DNA of 64,000 nucleotides from Octopus bimaculoides (GCF_001194135.2 NC_068983.1:70065638-70129637), one strand, 5' to 3'; counted from the first letter of the stretch, positions 38,119-51,480 are shown. Notes: generated by a model not told the origin, from the sequence alone. Translations and numbers: made by a program.

Positions 38119-38518
38119 AGGCACAGGTGTGGCTGTGTGGTAAGAAGCGGCGAGATGGCAGAATCGTTAGCACACCGGGCAAAATGCTTAGCGTTATTTC
38201 GTCTGCCGTTACGTTCTGAGTTCAAATTCCGCCAAGGTCGACTTTGCCTTTCATCCTTTCGGGGTCGATAAATTAAGTACCAGTTACACACTGAGGTTGG
38301 AGTAAACGTCTTAATTCCTTTGTCTGTCCTTGTTTGTCCCCTCTATGTTTAGCCCCTTGTGGGCAATAAAGAAATAAGAATCTTGCTTCCCAATCCCGTG
38401 GTTCTGGGTTCAGTCCCACTATGTGGCACCATGTGTTAAGTGTCTCCTACTATAGCCTCAGGCTGACCAAAACCTTCTGAGTGGATTTAGTAGACAGAAA
38501 CTGATATATGTATATATA

Positions 38519-38558
<40 letters not shown>

Positions 38559-38783
38559 TTTGCATCAGATGCCCTTCCTGTCGCCAACCCATCACTGCTT
38601 GACAACTGGTGTTTGTGTGTTTATGTCCCCATAACTTAGCAGTTTGGCAAAACGGACTGATAGAATAAGTATTAGGTTTACAAAATAAATAAGTCCTGGG
38701 GTCAATTTCTTTGACTAATTCCCTTTAAGGTGGTGCTCCAGCATGGCTGCAGTCAAATAACTGAAACAAGTAAAAGAATAAAA
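38119..38783 (+). mobile_element. SINE family A interrupted by a full SINE family B
   Basis: A head 38119-38146; B insert 38147-38374 with TAAGAA duplicated (38141-38146 and 38375-38380); A resumes tcttgcttccc at 38381. Confidence 0.9.
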
Positions 38784-40729
38784 GTTTTAAAAGAAACATC
38801 CCACCTTGAGTCTATTACAGAACTTAACTGTGGATAGATTTTTAGCTGAATACTGCAATCTAAACTAATGTAGCACATAAACATTTTGTGCCCAGCCCAG
38901 TATATTCTGCCCACCCTGATATATTGTGCCTCCTTAATGTTTCTTTTGTTTTCTTTCTTCTGGTTCCAATCATTGGACTGTAACCATATTAGGGCTCCAT
39001 TTATAGTCACTTCAGGATGAAAGTGTACCTTTGTAAGATTCAAACCCAGAAAACGAAGGGAGATAACCAAGTACCACTGAGTTTTTTGCTTGACACTCAG
39101 TTGGTTCTGTCATCTACTCTGCTCAAAATATATTGTACCTTCTTTGATTATGTTGTGATCTCTCAATTTTATTGTATTTTTTATTTATTTAATTAAATGA
39201 AATACACTGCCTTATGATCGCTTTAGTTCTTTAGTTTGTTTTTGCCATCATTGTTATCAGTTTGTTTTTGCCATCATTTTCTGTACTGAGGTATTAATTG
39301 TTGAGCTTTTAATTTGCTACAATAATTTTAGTTTTAAGTGATTGTTGATGAAACCTCACTCAAGTACCTAAGACATTTTGTACTTATCATAGTGATTATA
39401 TAGTGTTTGTTTTGGCAATAAAGCTCTATAATAACTATGTGAATGATTTATATAATAATGTAGTGTCAATGTATGTTAATAGTGATTTCTTTAAGTAGTT
39501 ATCCATGAAGTTTTAATGATGTGTAATAACCAACTTAAAAGGAATTTCCAGATTTTGCAGCTAACCTTGATTTTCTTAGTCAAAAAGGTAGAAAATTCAC
39601 TGTAAGTTTCTTTAGTCAGTTAACTAGAAAGATATTAAAGCTATTAACTGTATCATTTGCCATTATTTCATTATTTTTTATTGCTACTATTAATTAGTTA
39701 ATGAGAAGAGAGGTGTGAAGGTCATCTTGTATTTATGAGTTTAATGTGACTGGTGTTCACCGTAAAGCTCTGATGGCTGGCGTCTTCAGACAGAGACTTC
39801 TAGACAGTTGCAACAAGAAGAGAATTTTAAAGGGTTTCTGTATGTGGAGGACTGATTGAATGAAATATTCAATGCAAGGCATGCTGGAGAGTTGGATAGT
39901 TGAGTATGTTGGGTTGAACTAAGTGTAGATACTACATAGCTTTTCAGTAAAAAGTAACAGATCATAGTAGAAGCAGCATAGAGGAAAGGAACAGTGTATC
40001 CTTGAGCTTGTAGTTGTAAGAACTAAAGCTATGGCTGACAAGTCTGTTATAATTCTTTATGTTTAGTGTCAAAGCATCTTTTGTGTTATTCAATGTCTTC
40101 ACAGCCAATATATTCTCACCGAAAGTCATTTGGTCTCATGTTAACTTTCTGGTACTACTATATAGCTTGATTCCATGAGTTTTTACATCTTCACAGTACA
40201 AAGAATTTACAAGATTCTAGAATTTTACTGAAATACTTTGAAATAACAGCAATGTCAATAATATAATCTGTACTACAGCTGCAACTTGACCAATACCGTC
40301 ATAATCATCATCATCATCATCATCATCATTTCTTAAGGGAAGAAAGAGCAGTCAATAATATTAAGTCCCAAATCAACCCTGATTTAGCAGATTTCTGAGT
40401 AAAGGCATTATCATCGAGATCATTCCTTCCTGTTTTTTTGACACATTGTATCTAGAATTACAATATCAGATGTGTCCTTCCTTTTTTAAGATAGAAGGAT
40501 GTAAATCAAAAAATTCTGATGATTTGGCTGTGATTTCTTGTGCCTTGTGTGACAGCATAGAGACTCCTTCATTGGTTTATAGTCTTTAGCATATAATATA
40601 CTAATGCAGAATTGTCTAAAATTAGAAATAAATAGATTGAATATGAAGAGCTAATAGGTATTTCTTGAACACTGTTAATGACATAAGTATTTCAGTAATT
40701 ACACATCTCATTATAAGTGGAGGACATAC

Positions 40730-40782
40730 ACTTAATGATTGCCTGCTTAATGTAATTCGACAGAAATCTGCTTAATCTCTCC
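40730..40782 (-). CDS. Candidate micro-exon (ERLSRFLSNYIKQAIIK)
   Basis: tcttttacag|G ... AAGT|GTATGT; 53 nt, phase 2 to 1. Splice-site match only. Confidence 0.25.
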
Positions 40783-41086
40783 CTGTAAAAGACATCTACT
40801 TATCTGTCTGAAAAAAATATCTGTTTAACGAAAAAGCTCAACCTGTTTGTAAAATGCATCTGGTTTATTTGCACATAAGAGACATGTTAAATTATTTGAA
40901 ATAGTTACATGATTAACCAGTGTATAAAAGATTAACCAGTGTATAAAAGACATATGAAACTTATTCTCTGTCCACCATTTATGAACTTAGCAGCTTGCAG
41001 AGGCTAAAGCAAATCATCAACTACATTAACCTCAGCAATCTGGAAAAGTCTTCAGAACATATGAGCACTTCTTCTCTGTCAGATAA

Positions 41087-41130
<44 letters not shown>

Positions 41131-41131
<1 letters not shown>

Positions 41132-41340
41132 TTCAAATTTTGGCACAAGGCCAATAATTTTGGGGGAGGGGGCAAGTTGATTACATTGACTCCAGTGTTC
41201 AACTGGTTCCTATTCTATCGACCCTGAGGGGATGAAAGGCAGAGTCAACCTCTGCAGTATTTGGCTGAGAGCGTAAAGTCAGAAGAAATGCCACTAAGCA
41301 TATTTCTGACATGGTAATGATTCTTCCAGCTTCCCACCTT
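41131..41340 (-). mobile_element. SINE family B between (AAT)n tracts
   Basis: Family B sequence; (AAT)n at 41087-41130 and 41341-41360. Confidence 0.85.
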
Positions 41341-41364
41341 AATAATAATAGTAATAATTACTAA

Positions 41365-41950
41365 TCCATCTGACAAGTATACTGGAAAAATCTAGGCCTG
41401 CCTATGAGTTAATCAAGATGAGAATGAATCACTTACTATATATGGATGACCTCAAGATATATAAAAAAAAATGAGACAGATCTGGATTCTCTGATCCAAA
41501 CAGTGAAAGTATTCAGTAAAGATATTGGAATGTGGTTTGGGGCAGGTAAGTGCACAATATTAATTATGAAGAGAAGCCAGAAGATAAGTCTGATGGCTTA
41601 AAATTACAAGAAAACATCATTAGATTGCTGTAGAATAATGGGGGGTACAAAATGCTAGAAAACGATAAGATAAAGGATGCAGAAATGAGAGAGAAAGTCA
41701 CTAAAAAGTACAAAAGAAAAATTAGGAAGGTGCTCAAAACAAAATTAAATGGAGGGAACATCACTAAAGCCATAAATACAAGGGCTATGCATGTACTGAG
41801 GCCATACACATGTTAGCCATGCCCTTAATTGCATACAGCTTCAATGCTATAAACTGGTCCAACTGGAGGCTGATGACAGTGCATCATGTGCATCACCCAA
41901 AAGCAGATATAGACTGAATATACCTCCCATAAAAGGAAGGCAATTGGGGA
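41365..41950 (+). mobile_element. R4/Dong-clade LINE RT fragment (defective)
   Basis: NHLLYMDDLKIY, DLDSLIQTVKVFSKDIGMWFGAGKC and KIRKVLKTKLNGGNITKAINT are characteristic of R4/Dong RT and the following region. Frameshifted. Confidence 0.8.
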
Positions 41951-42153
41951 TTCTCCATTCTCATTGAACATTGCAACCATGGGGTTTTCTGCCTACTTCA
42001 TGCTCTTTTAATAATTAAAAAGAGTATCCTTCATGATTCAAGTAAGAACAAATAGGAATTGTCTATATTTATATTGGTAATATACTTAGGAAGGACATTA
42101 AGACTACAGCTTCAATTTTTATATCATCCTTGTATAACTGAGATCATCTCCAT

Positions 42154-42215
<62 letters not shown>

Positions 42216-42217
<2 letters not shown>

Positions 42218-42474
42218 GGTGGCAAGCAGGCAGAATTGCTAGCATGCTGAATGAAATGCTTAGTGGTATTTCACCTGTTGCTACATTCTGAGTTCAAATT
42301 CCGCTGCGATTGACTTTGCCTTTCATCCTTTTGGGGTCGATAGAAGGCAAAGTCAATCTCAGCAGAATTTGAACCCAGAGTTTCCATGAGAATCCACTGA
42401 AACACTGGGGTCAATGTAATTAACTAGTCCCCTCCCCACCACAAATTTGAGGCTTTGTGCCTCCAGTAGAAAGG
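42216..42474 (+). mobile_element. SINE family B between (TAT)n tracts
   Basis: aaggtggcaagcaggcagaattgcttagc...ctgagttcaaattccg...gtagaaaggattatt; (TAT)n at 42155-42215 and 42475-42497. Confidence 0.85.
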
Positions 42475-42802
42475 ATTATTATTATTATTATTATTATTGT
42501 TATGGGCATGGACATTCTCATGGAAACTCTGGGCACTGACAAAAATGAACTGTCTAGTCTGTTCCGGAGGACTTTCCAGTTGAGAACTATCATGGATAAT
42601 TTCCAGATGTCCTTGGCTTGGCAGTGTCTCCCTATTAAGTTTAATGCAAGAAAGATAAGCTAAACATGTTACATGTGTAATTACTTTTTGGTTTATCATT
42701 ATTATTACTTTGTTTATAGTTGTGATACTTGATAGGAAGATGCTGTTTCATATTTACTGATACCATCTTAGTTACAAATCTTTAATCCCACTCACTACAT
42801 AC

Positions 42803-42864
42803 CAAATGTATTCAAAGGTCTTGACTCTAATTGTTTCCACCCGTCTTTTGCCAATCCTATTGAT
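42803..42864 (-). CDS. Candidate micro-exon (INRIGKRRVETIRVKTFEYI or SIGLAKDGWKQLESRPLNTF)
   Basis: catatttatag|A ... TTG|GTATGT; 62 nt; two open frames. Confidence 0.3.
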
Positions 42865-44540
42865 CTATAAATATGGTACAAGACTATAAATGTTGGAAAA
42901 GAGTAATATTTGATTACATTAATCATCTTTGGAACAACCTTGAAATGAGGAATGCAAAGTTGACTTATGTGAAATTTGAACTCAGAATAATAAAGGGACA
43001 TAATTTAGGCTCATGGTTATAAACTTTGGAGGAGTTATATCAGCTCCAGTACCCACTAGCAATTTAGTTTATGGACCCTAGAAGTATTAAAAGCAAAGTT
43101 GAGTTCAGCAACATCAACTTAGCACTTGAGTGATACTTTATTTTATCAACCCTGGAATAAGAAAAAACAAAGTGAGCCTTGGTAGTATTTGAACTTACAA
43201 CATATCTAAATATCACAGGACACTTTTTTTCTTTTTTGCTTATTTCTGTATTCTGCCAATTCACCTTGACATCAGATAACACCCACACACAAACACACAC
43301 CACTGTATATTGTACTAGGAAATTGCACCATTATGGAACTATTTTTCTTTTATTCCAGTATATTCATTAATTTTCTTAAAGCCTTCAACAATTTACATTG
43401 ATTATCAATACAATTGATTATATCTAGATAATCTATTCTTGAACTCTAAGAGATGGCATTCCTTCCTTAAAACAAACAGACAAAGAAACTAATAAAAATT
43501 GTTAATGTACTCTTTCTTCAGTTTCTTGTGGTGATATCATTCACGACAAGATTCTGAAGTACTTTTAAGGATATTGATATTTTGTTGCTATTGAACTGAT
43601 GATAGCTAAACAAAGGCACTAATCTCCAGTAAGCAGACAAGGAACTTTCTTTTAAGAATTCCAATAGCATAATGGTATAACTATGAAGCCTTACTTTTGA
43701 ACAATATTGATTTTTTTTTTAAATAAAATTAGGTTTAGGTTAAATCAGTTAAGTTTATCTGTTACAGAAAGTGTTAAATCCATGCTTCAGAAGAATGAAA
43801 TTCGATTCAAGTCATTTTCAAAGTGCCATTCCTTCCTATACTTTTCATGCCTCATGAAACAATTACAATACTGTTGACTAATCACTTTACTTAAACTATT
43901 TTCTTGTTGTTTTCTTTTTTAAACCAATGTAACTGTCTATTACTACTGTTTGGCAGAATTGTTAGACATTGGAAAAATGCTTTTTGGTATTTCTTCTGGC
44001 TTCTTATGTTTCTGAGTTCAAATCTTTTCAAGGTCAACTTCATCTTTCATCCCTCTGAAGCTGACCAAATGAAATATCAGCCAAATTCTGGGGCTGGCTA
44101 ACCCTCCCACTCCCCTTAAAATTTTGGCCTTGTGCTTTAATCAGAAACTATTGTTATCATCATCATCACCATCATCATCATTATTATTATTGCCTTTCAA
44201 TGTATAATGTTTACATGACTTGAAATAACAGGGGTTTTGGGCTGAGGGAATGTTGCACAATAACATGTGAGTGGAGAATATTTTTTTACCAGTGATCAAC
44301 AGTTTGATGATCCTGGACAATAGAGAGTGATGGCTGGTTTAAGGTTAGGTTTGTAAATGAGAAGTTTTAGAATGTTTGGAAAGACAGAGTGTTAGTCAAA
44401 GATATGGATATGTGAGGATTCTTACTAATGTAGACTAACTACTGTAGAATAGCAAATGATTCGATGCCTGCACCATCGCTATCGATGAGGAAAGACTGCA
44501 AAAGGCAAGAGGAGTTGTGAGTATGGAAGTTATCAAGGAT

Positions 44541-44608
44541 GATGATATAGAAGACAGGTGAGATGATATAGAAGACAGGTGAGATGATATAGAAGACAGG
44601 TGAGATGA
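44541..44608 (+). repeat. 21-bp tandem repeat, 3 perfect copies plus a partial
   Basis: gatgatatagaagacaggtga at 44541, 44562 and 44583. Confidence 0.95.
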
Positions 44609-45322
44609 AATAGATCTCATTGAAGTTAAATGAAGTAGCTGAACAAGTGCTAAGTATTGGAATTGTTCAAGAGCGGATCAGCAGATATTAGACTTCTTTT
44701 ATGGTTTAGTTTTTAGGTGTGAGTATATATGTCTGTGTATGTGTAAATAGAAAGCTATATGGCACATGAATGGCCACAAACTACTGTTTTGATTTCTCTG
44801 AGTGGCTTGCTTGGTAGTCAGTGGCCTCAGATAAAACACTGATAAGATCATATGCCAAGTTCCTGTCTTATTTGGTAGCAGGCCTTTAAAGTGGAATGAT
44901 TCTCTTCTATACTATCTTACTATTATGAATTCTGTGTCATCTTCATGTCCTTCATATCAAATCACTACTCCAATTGCTAGCATTATTGTTTACAAATAAG
45001 CTATCATAAAGTCCACTAGTATCCATGGCTACTCTGCTCACCAGTTAGTAGCTATCACTAGAGAAGGAGACGCGTTTTAAGATGAGGGTGATTCAGTAAA
45101 GTAGGTAAGTGTAAGGGTGCGGCCTTTGATTGTGGAACAGCAGTCATGAAAGAACTTAAAGGCTGATAAGCCACATCACAAGGGAAAACTGTGTAAATAT
45201 ATATGTACATGTTTTGTGTAATTGCTTTTATAATTTGAATTTAATTGGATGGTGTTCAACTAAATGTCTGATAATTTTTGTAAATGATATTGACTGAGAC
45301 AAATTTTGTCAGTTTGACATAC

Positions 45323-45357
45323 TTTCTGAAACACCTAAGGAGTAATAGTTTGGTGAC
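45323..45357 (-). CDS. Candidate 35-nt micro-exon (VTKLLLLRCFR or SPNYYSLGVSE)
   Basis: tttgttccattttgtatag|G ... GAAA|GTATGT. Confidence 0.25.
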
Positions 45358-46933
45358 CTATACAAAATGGAACAAACAAATCCAAAACGTTACATTGAGG
45401 AAGTAAAATATTTTTTCTAAGTTTGAATACATATGAAAAATGTAAAAAGCATTATTCAACAAAATTATAAACCTAATTAGTCAGTCATTATTAAGGCATC
45501 TGTTTTATGCTGTTGTAACCTGAAAACATGTATAGAACTAAATGTTATAAGGTGTCCTATATTTTAGTGCAGTAAATTTGATTAAATACAATGCCTCCAC
45601 AAAAATATTAGTTTTATTCACTCTGTCTCTTAGAATGTTACTACCAGACAAGTATCTAATAAAATATATATATATAGTTATGAAACTCTATAGTTAAGAG
45701 ATGAATTTCTACATACTGTGTGATATTCCTTACCAATTTCATTACTTTATCTCTTGAACTGGATAAAAATACATGTATTCTTGCCAGAGAAATATTGAAA
45801 CTGAAAATACCAAATATTAAAACATGAAGAAAAAATAAAAGACATAAAATGGCGACCCAATTTAACTAGAAATGTAATTTTGTTGGAGTTTTCACATTCA
45901 AAACTGTTGAATTCGTAGCCTTGAAAGACAATATCTAATATAAGACTTGAAGGTAATCAGAAAACTCTCTTCTAAAAATACTGTTTTATAAGTGACAAAA
46001 ACAAAAATGGATGATAATGATCTGACAATCATTTTAATTAAAAATATTGGATCATTTAAAACACATATATTGTTTCCTCTTTTTTTCTCTTTGTCTTGAT
46101 TATTTTGTTCAAACACAAAAGTGCTTTTTCAATTACTTGTTGAAAATAGTGAGAAAGCATAGAATCTGAACAGGTTGGTTATTTTCTAATTTCATGCTTT
46201 CTGATTGTTGTAGACATTTAGTTCATGAGAATATCTTAAATTAAACTGACATAAGCTGACAGTTGCATCTACCTGCTGCTGCATATATCTTCCTCTTTTA
46301 GCAACTCAGTTCTTTGACAAATAATCAATCTTTTGCAGCGATAGCTGATACTTTTGACTCAAACCTTGTCTTCTAACTCACTTTACTATAACATTCTTAT
46401 CTTATTTCCTGTTGTAATTTAATGATTGTTGTGATAATAATACAGACTAAACACACTGCATTTCATTTTACCAACTACTACGAGGAACAAAAGCATTACT
46501 AATGCAAAGATTTCTGTTATATAGATTTTCTAATACTTTTTTTTTCTTCTTTCCTTCAAAGAATTTCAACTGGTAATGTCTGTTCTTGATTCTTAATTAA
46601 AGTTTTCAAAAGGAGGACAGAAATTAAGTTTGTGTAATGAATTTAAAAATCAAAGTAGTACAGGAGTACAAAGACAAAAACAAAACAATAAACAAATTCT
46701 TAAGTGTCAAGAGGAAATTTTTCAAGTACATCCTCTAAGTTAACTAATAACCTTTTTTTTTTATTATTATTTTTGTTATGATAGTGTTTACACTGGGAAG
46801 CCTTTTTGTCTGCTTTTACTTGCTTATTAAATCACACTATATTCAATGAAATTTCTTCACTCCTAATGATTTCTTACAATGTGTAGTATTAAACTGGACA
46901 CAGAGTTGTAGTGTTGGGGATATAGTCACTTAC

Positions 46934-46995
46934 ACAAATAAACCTCAGTAGATTGCTGGTATTCATTAGATCATCCAGAGAGTTTAGTCTTAGAA
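46934..46995 (-). CDS. Candidate micro-exon (LRLNSLDDLMNTSNLLRFIC)
   Basis: gatccctttcag|TT ... TGT|GTAAGT; 62 nt, single open frame, phase 1 to 0. Confidence 0.35.
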
Positions 46996-47986
46996 CTGAA
47001 AGGGATCTAATTAAAGTAACAAAGTAATTAGCCTAATACACTTTCTTTTATATCCCATCATCTTATATCTTCACTAATGAATCAGAAGATATCAAAAATA
47101 CATTTTCATAATTTTCTTATGGAACAGTTTTCTGGTTGAACATTACAATGATATGCATGTATTCTATTATTGACACTGGCACATCATCCAAAACTGTATT
47201 CTTCATCACATTTGCAGCATAAGATCTTTTAAATGTCTTCTAGACTCTTCTTTTAACTATAATTTGGTATCATAACAAAAACAATGTCAAATGACTTTAT
47301 TTCACTGTTCGCAACTCTAGGCTTATCTTTTCTGCTTCTCTCCAGTTTAATCCTTGGCTTTTCTTTTCAAATTTTACTACACTTCATCATAGGGAAGGTA
47401 TTCCCCTCCTAGGTCTTGTTGGATTTGAATTATCACTGATACTTCTGTATCTTTGCTTTTTCTAGGTAGAGGTGTTGGCTTAACACAGACCTCTTTTTAG
47501 CTCTGGGTAGAGATGATTCATATTAGTCTGTCCTTTGACTTGTCCAGCATAGGCGACCTTTCAAGGAGCTTGCACTCTGCAGGTATAACTCTCAGGATCT
47601 TTGAGACATACAAGCCACTACACCATAGAAGCTAAGATATTAACTTTTTTTTCTTTATGAAAATTGTAATAGATTCTACTTGTGTTATAAAATCACTACT
47701 ACGAAACTCTGAAATGAGCCTTGTTGGATTTACTCCACATAATATTAGTTGTGCTGGGTGTACAAATGCAGCAGTTTATCATAATCTGGCTTAGCTTAAG
47801 ACTAAAAGATATGTTCTCCATTAATTTCATGGTATCCAAAGTGATTGTAAGCATATCTACACCCTTTTAGCTGGTAAAGAACTATCAATCGCTGCAAATA
47901 TGTCCATGACTAAGCTTGCAAAAACACTATGCTATGAGTAGAAAGATGGTAGCAAGGGCCACTCACAGGCATAGAAACATTCTTAC

Positions 47987-48039
47987 AACATATTCAAAAG
48001 TAAATTGGCTTGAGAAAGATCTAAAAACTTCTCAACTTC
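47987..48039 (-). CDS. Candidate micro-exon (EVEKFLDLSQANLLLNM)
   Basis: tttcccgcctttgtatttcag|G ... GTT|GTAAGA; 53 nt, single open frame, phase 0 to 2. Confidence 0.35.
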
Positions 48040-49228
48040 CTGAAATACAAAGGCGGGAAAGTGAGAATGTTTGTTAACAAAAAGAAATTTGTAGTTAACG
48101 AAGTCATCAACTGTAGGAATACCAGTTTAAGCATCCTGATATTTTTGCAGTTATGCAAAGCAAGAAATCTTCCTCAGTGATGGTTTGTGAGGACATCACA
48201 AGTAGTTGTCATATGAAACTACATCATTTCATTGAAGTTGTTTTTCACATCTATATGAAAATTTGAAAATCCTTCATAAGTTCTGATGTAGTGGATTATT
48301 AAACATTATGATCCAATTGAGGTTATCTTTGTTCAACATCTCTCCATCAGCACATTTTTCAAAGTGAATGCAAGATGATTTGTCTCCTCAGTTTGTCCCC
48401 ATGAAAATTTCAACCTTTTAGTTCACCTGGATATGAGGATGAGTTCTGTGCAGTACTTCATAGCAATATTAGTAAGCTGAAGACTGTCATTGTGACCACA
48501 TTATACCTTTTGTGTAATCATAGTTTACACTTGGCGCACAATATAGCATTCCTACATACCTATTTTCTGCATATTGAGCATGACCACTTCCCAGTGTCAG
48601 TAGAATTCTTTTACTTGTTTCAGTCATTTGGCTGCAGCCATGCTGGAACACTGCTTTCAAGGATATTAGTCGAACATATCAGCCCGTGACTTATTTTTTG
48701 AAGCCTAGTACTTATTCTGTCAGTCTCTTTTGTTGAACTGCTAGGTTAAGGAGATGTAAACAGACACAAAGACATACACATATAGATAAATAAATATATA
48801 CATACACACACACACACATATATATATATGTGGCAAATGAAAGACGTAAGATGGAATATACAAGAATTTTCTCACTGTATTGTGTGTTCATTTCTATTTT
48901 TTTTTTTTTTTCCATCTGTGATTTTATTTTTGATCTATATAAATGAAGATATTTCCTCCATCTGGCTGCTTTTCATTCTACAAAACAAGAAGTCACAGTT
49001 GTTATTTTAACAAGTTGTATCTATTTATCACTCGACGAGATACATCTGCATCACTGGACGCTCCTGAACCAGTTGTTGAGGGATTGATGCTAGATGTTTT
49101 GAAACAATTGTTGTGATTAATAATAAATTCTCATATATTTCATCTTCCGTTTTTCATTTGCCATATACATAACGATCACTGTGAAAGTGAGCGTTCTTTA
49201 CCAGTAAGCTACCATTCATTTTATTATC

Positions 49229-49268
<40 letters not shown>

Positions 49269-51123
49269 GATGAGCTTCTTTCAGTTTCCATCATCCAAAT
49301 CCACTCGCAAAGCTTTGGTCATCCCAAGGCTATAGTAGAAGACATCCAAGGTACCACACTGGGACTGAACCCAGAACCATGTGGTTGGAAGCAAGCCTCT
49401 TACCACATACAGTATTCTCAATGAAACTTTTGCCTCTGTAAGATTAACTGCGAGGCTTTTAGATTCTTGGCTTTCTTTTCCGCGCTACATTATTTACACA
49501 ATGTTTGATTAATTTTCTTTCCAGGATTGTCTTCCTTGCCTTTTTTAAAATCATTTGTTAAAGCCAATGATTTTTATCTGTAAGTTAATTAATAAGTATC
49601 TTTTTTTTTTAAATGTATATATACATTACATTAAATCTAGTAGCCCTACTTAACCATATTTCCTTCATGTAGAAAACATCCCAGAGATATTCTCCTACTA
49701 TTTTAGGAAAAGCTGCTGATAATACTTACATTATACTATCTCACAGAGTATGTTTCCAAAACTGAAGCTGTTTTACTTACATTTAGAGTCATTGTTATTG
49801 TTTAACTCTAGATCAAACTTCATTGAGCTGCTTATGATGAAAAGTATTCCAGCTATGACTATCCCCTAATTTTAGGAGTAATTACTTGGACTACATTGTC
49901 CAATGCATCTTTTCTGCATTTAACAGTTGAGTATGACTTTGAGGGAGATTAAGTTGTTATACTCTAGCATGTTGAGTAATCATATAGATCATCTCCCTTG
50001 ATGGCTTGACATTATAAAGTAGTTTCTATGTCATCTTATATGATATCAAAAATATCTTTCTAAAAAAAGAAAAGAAAAGAATTTTGTTTGTTTTTATTAA
50101 TCCTTGGTAAAACTTTTATGCTTCCTAGCTTCAGTAGTTTTTGAGAAACTAAAACAGACATGCAAGTAATTTATCAATGAATCAAACAAACAGAATAAAA
50201 ACTGGCATATGACTGTTTTATTATATTTGTACAGATTTATTATTTTTGGGGGGTGGGGTGGGGGCACTTTCTCTTTTTGGCTTTATGATATATTCTAGTG
50301 GATAAATGTAATATTCATCTTGCCTGCATCTGACCTAGTTCTCTATTTTTGTAATGAGTGGATCACCTAAATATAATGATGAATATTAATGACAATTTCT
50401 TTGTTTTTATTTTTTTTTTATATCATTGCACAACATTGATTATATAGAGCTGGAAAGAGTATTGTCAATTTGACTACTTCATTGAAACTTATTTTATTGA
50501 TCTCAGAGAAAGAAAATTCTCACCAATAATAATTCAATATCTGAACAGAGGAGACATTGAACTGAATTTCATTGAATGTCTGTCTCCAGTTTCCTCACAG
50601 TATTTCTTACCTTAAAATAAATTTGTCAATTTAGCTACTAAGAATTATATTAACACACACTAATAATGATAGACTTAATCCATTGGTCAGTTTAATAAGG
50701 CCACTTGACTCTTGGAGGCTGTTAGCAGACTCCTTTCTGATGCAAGGATTTAGCAAAACTTATTTTAGGAAGGGGTTCAACTAATCCTTACCTTGTACTA
50801 TAGTAGCGAGTATGTTTCCACAAATGAAGCTGCTTTTCTTATAATGTAATGGTAATTTCTACTTCAGCTACCTATTCTTGTTTATTGCAGGGGGTATCCC
50901 TCCTCAAGTCTGTTTTATATTTGTCATCCGTTATATATCTATCATCTGTTTTATATTTGGTATGTGCTACAATAATGCCTCTTAATGGTCACTCATCCTG
51001 CTAGAAAGTGCAATTACATATTCCTCCAATGACACCCAAATGTAAATGGAGTATACATTAGAAAATGTAATCTTAAATATATGATATCCCCCCCACCAAA
51101 AAAAAAGAAAGAAATAAAGTAAA

Positions 51124-51163
<40 letters not shown>

Positions 51164-51480
51164 TTTTTCTACTATAGGTACAAGGCCCGAAATTTTGGGG
51201 GAAGGGTAAGTCGATTACATCGACCCCAGTACTCAACTGGTACTTAATTTATCGACCCCCGAAAGGATGAAAGGCAAAGTCGACCTCGGCGGAATTTTGG
51301 GGGAGGGGATTAATTGTTTACATCGACTTCAATGCGTAACTGGTACTTATTTCATTGACCCCCCCGAAAGAATGACAGGCAAAGTTGACCTCGGAGGAAT
51401 TTGATCTCAGAACATAAGGGCGGATGAAATGCTTAAGCATTTCATCCGGTGTGCTAAGGATTCTGCCAGTTCACTGCCTT
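51164..51480 (-). mobile_element. SINE family B with duplicated central domain (dimer), between (AAT)n tracts
   Basis: Two consecutive copies of aattttggggga...acatcgac...aactggtactta...gaaag.atga.aggcaaagt.gacctcgg.ggaattt. Confidence 0.85.

Noticed and set aside
39573-39612. Plus-strand micro-exon candidates here and near 28560, 30454 and 53190
   Set aside because: Isolated splice-like matches with no coherent chain; they illustrate the false-positive rate for exon guessing in this DNA.
44541-44608. Direct repeats as a CRISPR array (also 10860-11045 and 57620-57880)
   Set aside because: Units are contiguous with no unique spacers, there are no cas genes, and the context is eukaryotic.
49060-49115. 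ctgaa...tgaaacaattg...aataaa as another Penelope hammerhead
   Set aside because: The CUGANGA core is incomplete and helices cannot be drawn convincingly.
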